In this document: in pieces, positions 60,609-64,000 of the stretch
Numbering within the stretch: position 1 is the first letter of the stretch
How the letters are laid out: every line of letters begins with the position of its first letter
The notes under the pieces: model-generated
Told to the model about the DNA's origin: nothing
What the model saw: the letters and a program-made list of their open reading frames with translations, nothing else
The model's database searches: none
Program-made: the position numbers and the translations under genes
NCBI GenBank assembly: GCA_035651155.1
Contig: DASRGG010000027.1
Location: 36,182 to 100,181, forward strand
From: Candidatus Limnocylindria bacterium
GTDB taxonomy: Bacteria; Chloroflexota; Limnocylindria; P2-11E
Direction of reading: 5' to 3'
Length of the DNA stretch: 64,000 nt

Positions 60609-60889
60609 CACCGTCCGGAGCGATCCGGCCCCCGTTCTCCCGGGCCGACGCGCGGTCGTCCGTCCGCGGCGTTCGGAGATGGGCCGAGCGAGGGCGGCGG
60701 ACCGAAGCGGGTCTGCTGCGCGATGCCGGCGCCGACGAGCACGGCGCCCCCGACGACCAGAGCGAGAAGGACGACCACGGACATCGAGAAGGCAGCGCGA
60801 CCGTCATGAGATCGCCTGAGCGTGCGTCGTTACTCGACCGTTGCGGAACCGTATGCTCGGGAACGACACCCGTGGGGAGGTCCCTTCAC

Positions 60890-61771
60890 ATGGCCATCGA
60901 GAAGATCGGCGTCGTGGGCTTCGGCCAGATGGGCTCGGGCATCGCGCAGGTATGCGCCATGGCCGGCTTCGACGTGCTCGCGCGCGAGATCGACCAGAAG
61001 TTCATCGACAACGGCCTCGAGCGCGTCGACGCATCTCTCGCGCGGGTCGTGAAGGCGGGCCGGATGAGCGAGGCCGATGCGAAGGCCGCGCGCGGCCGCA
61101 TCCGCGGGACGACCGCACTCGCCGACTTCGGCGACCGAGACCTCGTCATCGAGGCCGTCATCGAGGTGATGGACGCGAAGAAGGAGGTGTGGACCGAGCT
61201 CGACCGCGTCTGCGGGCCGAACACGCTCTTCGCCTCGAACACCTCGAGCCTCACGATCATCGAGATGGCGGCGGCGACGAAGCGGCCCGACCGCTTCGCG
61301 GGGATGCACTTCTTCAACCCGCCCGTCGTCATGCAGCTCGTCGAGATCGTGCGCGCGCTCACCACGAGCGACGCGACGGTCGAGGCGCTCCGCGCATTCG
61401 TCACGAAGCTTGGAAAGGAGCCCGTCGTCTGCAAGGACACGCCGGGCTTCATCGTGAATCGCCTGATGGTGCCGATCATGCTCGAGGCCGTGCGCGCGCT
61501 CGAGGCGGGCGTCGCCACCGTCGAGGACATCGACAAGGCCGTGAAGCTCGGCCTGCGGCATCCGATGGGTCCGTTCGAGCTCATCGACTACACCGGGATC
61601 GACATCAACTACCACGTCGCGAACGTGTTCTTCGACGAGCTCAAGGATCCGAAGTGGGCGCCGCCCGCCCTCCTGAAGCGGATGTTCCTCGCGGGCCATC
61701 TCGGCGTGAAGACCGGGCGCGGATTCTACGAGTACGACGAGAGCGGGAAGAAGGTACGAGCGGCGCGGTAG
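60890..61771 (+). CDS. hbd: 3-hydroxyacyl/3-hydroxybutyryl-CoA dehydrogenase
   Basis: GGGGAGG lies upstream of the ATG. IGVVGFGQMGSGIAQV...FASNTSSL...GMHFFNPPVVMQLVEIV...DTPGFIVNR. Confidence 0.9.
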   Translation: MAIEKIGVVGFGQMGSGIAQVCAMAGFDVLAREIDQKFIDNGLERVDASLARVVKAGRMSEADAKAARGRIRGTTALADFGDRDLVIEAVIEVMDAKKEVWTELDRVCGPNTLFASNTSSLTIIEMAAATKRPDRFAGMHFFNPPVVMQLVEIVRALTTSDATVEALRAFVTKLGKEPVVCKDTPGFIVNRLMVPIMLEAVRALEAGVATVEDIDKAVKLGLRHPMGPFELIDYTGIDINYHVANVFFDELKDPKWAPPALLKRMFLAGHLGVKTGRGFYEYDESGKKVRAAR

Positions 61772-61785
61772 ACCCGCCGCGGCTG

Positions 61786-62289
61786 GTGCGCGCCGACACC
61801 GCGAAGTCCGCGGCGTGGGGCGCGATCTCCGGCATCGCGAACGTCGCCGCCCTCGCGTTCGCGCCGGCTTCGTATCCGGGCTGGTCCTTCACGCTCGTCG
61901 CCGTCGGGTACGGATTGCTGCTGCCCCTGCTCGCGGTGCTCCAGGTCCGTCATCGCCCGGTGCGCGACAGCGGCAGCATCCTCGGCACCGCCGCCGGCCT
62001 GGCGACGGTGACGGTCGGCATCGCGGCCTCCGCGAACGCCGACCTCGCCGTGCCCGCGCTCTTCGTGCACGGCATGTGGTGGTGGACGATCGGGAAGATC
62101 TGGGCCGAGACCGGCATCCTGCCGCGCTCGCTCGGCATCGCGACGATGGTCCTCGCGGTCATCGCGCTCGGGGTGGCGGTCGTCTCCGCTCCCCTGGCGA
62201 TGGCGACGGCGACGATCTGGGTGTCCGAGCGGGCGGCCCTCGGCGTGTGGACGCTCGGGCTGTCGTTCGCGCTCTGGCGGGCGCGCTGA
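61786..62289 (+). CDS. Hypothetical membrane protein
   Basis: From GTG 61786 there are about 5 hydrophobic helices (WSFTLVAVGYGLLLPLLAV..., MWWWTIGKIWAETGILP...) and GC3 is high. Confidence 0.5.
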   Translation: MRADTAKSAAWGAISGIANVAALAFAPASYPGWSFTLVAVGYGLLLPLLAVLQVRHRPVRDSGSILGTAAGLATVTVGIAASANADLAVPALFVHGMWWWTIGKIWAETGILPRSLGIATMVLAVIALGVAVVSAPLAMATATIWVSERAALGVWTLGLSFALWRAR

Positions 62290-62384
62290 GCGAGCGCGGC
62301 ACGGCGCCGACGCGACGAACGGGATGCGGCGTTCCTCGCGGCACGGCACGGACCGCGGCCTAGCGCGGCGCTAGCATCGGACCC

Positions 62385-63413
62385 GTGGCCGTCACCGCGA
62401 AGGCCCGTCACGAGGAGCTCGGTCTCCCCCTCGACGACGTGAGGGGCATGTTCCGCTACATGCTCATGACGCGCATGGTCAGCGAGCGGATCCTGCAGCT
62501 GAATCGCATGGGTCGCACGCCGTTCGGCGCGGGGACCGACGGTCACGAGGCGGCGCAGATCGGCGCCGCGTGGAACATCCGGCGCGGCAGGGACTGGACG
62601 GTCCCCTACTACCGCGACATGGGAGTCGCGTTCGTGCTCGGCGTCACGCCGCTCGAGGAGTTCCGCATGGTGTTCGCGAAGGCGACGGACGAGCACTCCG
62701 CGGGCCGGCAGATCCTCAACCAGTTCTCGAAGCCGCGCGATCGCATCCTCACGCGCTCGGTCTGCGTCGGGACGGAGTTCCCGCACGCCGTCGGACTCGC
62801 GCTCGCCATCCGCAATCGGAAGGAGCCGAACATCGTGTTCGCCTTCGGGGGCGACGCGGCAACGAGCCCTGGCGACTTCCATGAGGCCGCGAACTTCGCG
62901 TCCGTCCACAAGCTGCCGGTGGTGTTCGTCATCGAGAACAACCTGCTCGCGATCTCGACGCGCATCGAATGGCAGATGGCGGTGCGCAACGTCGCCGACA
63001 AGGCGTCCGCGTACGCGATGCCCGGTTTCATCGCGGACGGCATGGACGTCCTCGACGCGTACGCGAAGACGAAGGAGGCGGCCGACGTCACGCGCGCCGG
63101 GGGCGGGCCCACGCTGGTGGAGCTCAAGTGCTACCGCTACCAGCCGCACACCTCCGACGACGACGACACGCGCTACCGCACCAGGGACGAGGTGCGCGAG
63201 TGGATGGCCAAGGATCCGGTGGACCGCGCGCGCCGCTATCTCATCGAGAACGGCGTGAGCGAGGACGACCTCGCCGGGATGCGGAAGTCGCTCGACGCCG
63301 AGATCGAGGCGGCCATCGCGCAGGCCGAGCGTGAGCCCGATCCCGCACCCGAGGACGCGCTGCGTCACGTCTACGCGGAGGATCGCCCGATCCCGGACGG
63401 CACGCGGGCCTGA
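62385..63413 (+). CDS. Thiamine-diphosphate-dependent 2-oxoacid dehydrogenase E1 component, alpha subunit
   Basis: YRDMG, the TPP motif FGGDAATSPGDFHEAANFASVHKLPVVFVIENN, and CYRYQPHTSDDD. Confidence 0.85.
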   Translation: MAVTAKARHEELGLPLDDVRGMFRYMLMTRMVSERILQLNRMGRTPFGAGTDGHEAAQIGAAWNIRRGRDWTVPYYRDMGVAFVLGVTPLEEFRMVFAKATDEHSAGRQILNQFSKPRDRILTRSVCVGTEFPHAVGLALAIRNRKEPNIVFAFGGDAATSPGDFHEAANFASVHKLPVVFVIENNLLAISTRIEWQMAVRNVADKASAYAMPGFIADGMDVLDAYAKTKEAADVTRAGGGPTLVELKCYRYQPHTSDDDDTRYRTRDEVREWMAKDPVDRARRYLIENGVSEDDLAGMRKSLDAEIEAAIAQAEREPDPAPEDALRHVYAEDRPIPDGTRA

Positions 63414-63417
63414 CCCC

Positions 63418-64000
63418 GTGCGCGCCGCGCTCGCCGCGCTCGCCCTCCTCCTCGCGGCGTGCTCGCCCGCGCCGCCGGTCACTCGGGCCACGCCCGTGCC
63501 GACGCGCGAGCCCGACACGCTCGCGGTGTCGGTCCTTCTCGATCTCTCCGGACCGCGCTCGCCGAGCGGACAGCCGCAGCGGAACGCCATGCGGTTGTGG
63601 CTGGACCAGGCGCAGTCGCCCGCGTCCGCGGGCGCCGTGAAGCTGCGCGTGAAATTCGTCGACGTCGCCGGCAGCGACGCGCGGCTCCTCCTCGAGCTCC
63701 GGCACGCCGCCGTCGACGATCGCGCGGACGCGGTGATCATCGGCGTCCCCGTGACGCTCGATGAGACGTTCGCGCGCGCGATCCAGGTGGCCGATATCCC
63801 GGTGCTGCTCACGCTGCCCGCGCCGGAGCCCGCGGCCACGGTCGGCGGGCGCTGGACGTTCGTCCTCGCGCCGACCCCCGACGCGATCGCGCGGGCGCTC
63901 GTGAGCGACATCGCCGGCCGCGGCCTGCTCGCGCCGACGCTGCTCGCGAGCGACGAGACGGCGGCCGCGGTGAGCGAGCGCGCCGGGTTCACCGCCGAGC
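63418..64000 (+). CDS. Lipoprotein, type-1 periplasmic-binding-protein-like (ABC substrate-binding, Leu/Ile/Val-binding family-like), 3' end outside the window
   Basis: I translated this by hand from GTG 63418, as it is not in the ORF track: MRAALAALALLLAACSP...LAVSVLLDLSGPRSPSGQPQRNAMRLWLDQ...VKFVDVAGSD...AVIIGVP. The frame is open to the right edge and GC3 is high. Confidence 0.55.
   Translation, partial: MRAALAALALLLAACSPAPPVTRATPVPTREPDTLAVSVLLDLSGPRSPSGQPQRNAMRLWLDQAQSPASAGAVKLRVKFVDVAGSDARLLLELRHAAVDDRADAVIIGVPVTLDETFARAIQVADIPVLLTLPAPEPAATVGGRWTFVLAPTPDAIARALVSDIAGRGLLAPTLLASDETAAAVSERAGFTAE

Noticed and set aside
1-64000. Looked for tRNA, rRNA, transposase, integrase, phage or known defence-system genes.
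   Set aside because: I saw no T-loop/anticodon-arm-like segments in intergenic gaps and no rRNA-like low-protein-coding stretches. No ORF carries DDE, tyrosine/serine recombinase, nuclease-helicase or other defence hallmarks. A by-eye scan cannot fully exclude small RNAs.

Overview
Dense, very high-GC bacterial chromosomal segment (hand counts of sampled 60-nt lines give about 70-78% GC, lineage not assignable). I call about 70 protein genes, many translationally coupled through ATGA/GTGA/TTGA overlaps. I found no rRNA, tRNA, CRISPR array, transposase or integrase. Content from left to right: (i) a peptidase-rich block (MA-like lipoprotein, two S41 proteases, M24B, M13, amidohydrolase) with an ECF sigma factor; (ii) a glycosyltransferase / GH-A hydrolase / kbl-tdh operon; (iii) an ECF sigma / anti-sigma / ABC exporter module; (iv) housekeeping genes (htpX, IscA-like, DUF255 thioredoxin-like protein); (v) three paralogous xanthine-dehydrogenase-family (molybdenum hydroxylase) loci at 33.9-37.8 kb, 43.3-47.8 kb and 56.7-60.5 kb; (vi) an ECF sigma coupled to ogt, and an ECF42-like sigma with two YCII/DGPF genes, a MoaD-like protein and a BNR propeller. 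The most interesting candidates are the first Mo-hydroxylase locus, the REC-MshEN-REC-TM-GAF regulator next to it, and the lower-GC Tat-exported locus. The first locus is co-oriented and overlap-coupled with an IclR regulator, MocA, a Tat-signal 4x[4Fe-4S] protein, a cytochrome b, a small membrane protein and a TolB-like propeller. The Tat-exported locus has a small subunit carrying an HMA-like C-terminal domain. All functions are inferred by eye from translated motifs, and no searches were run.
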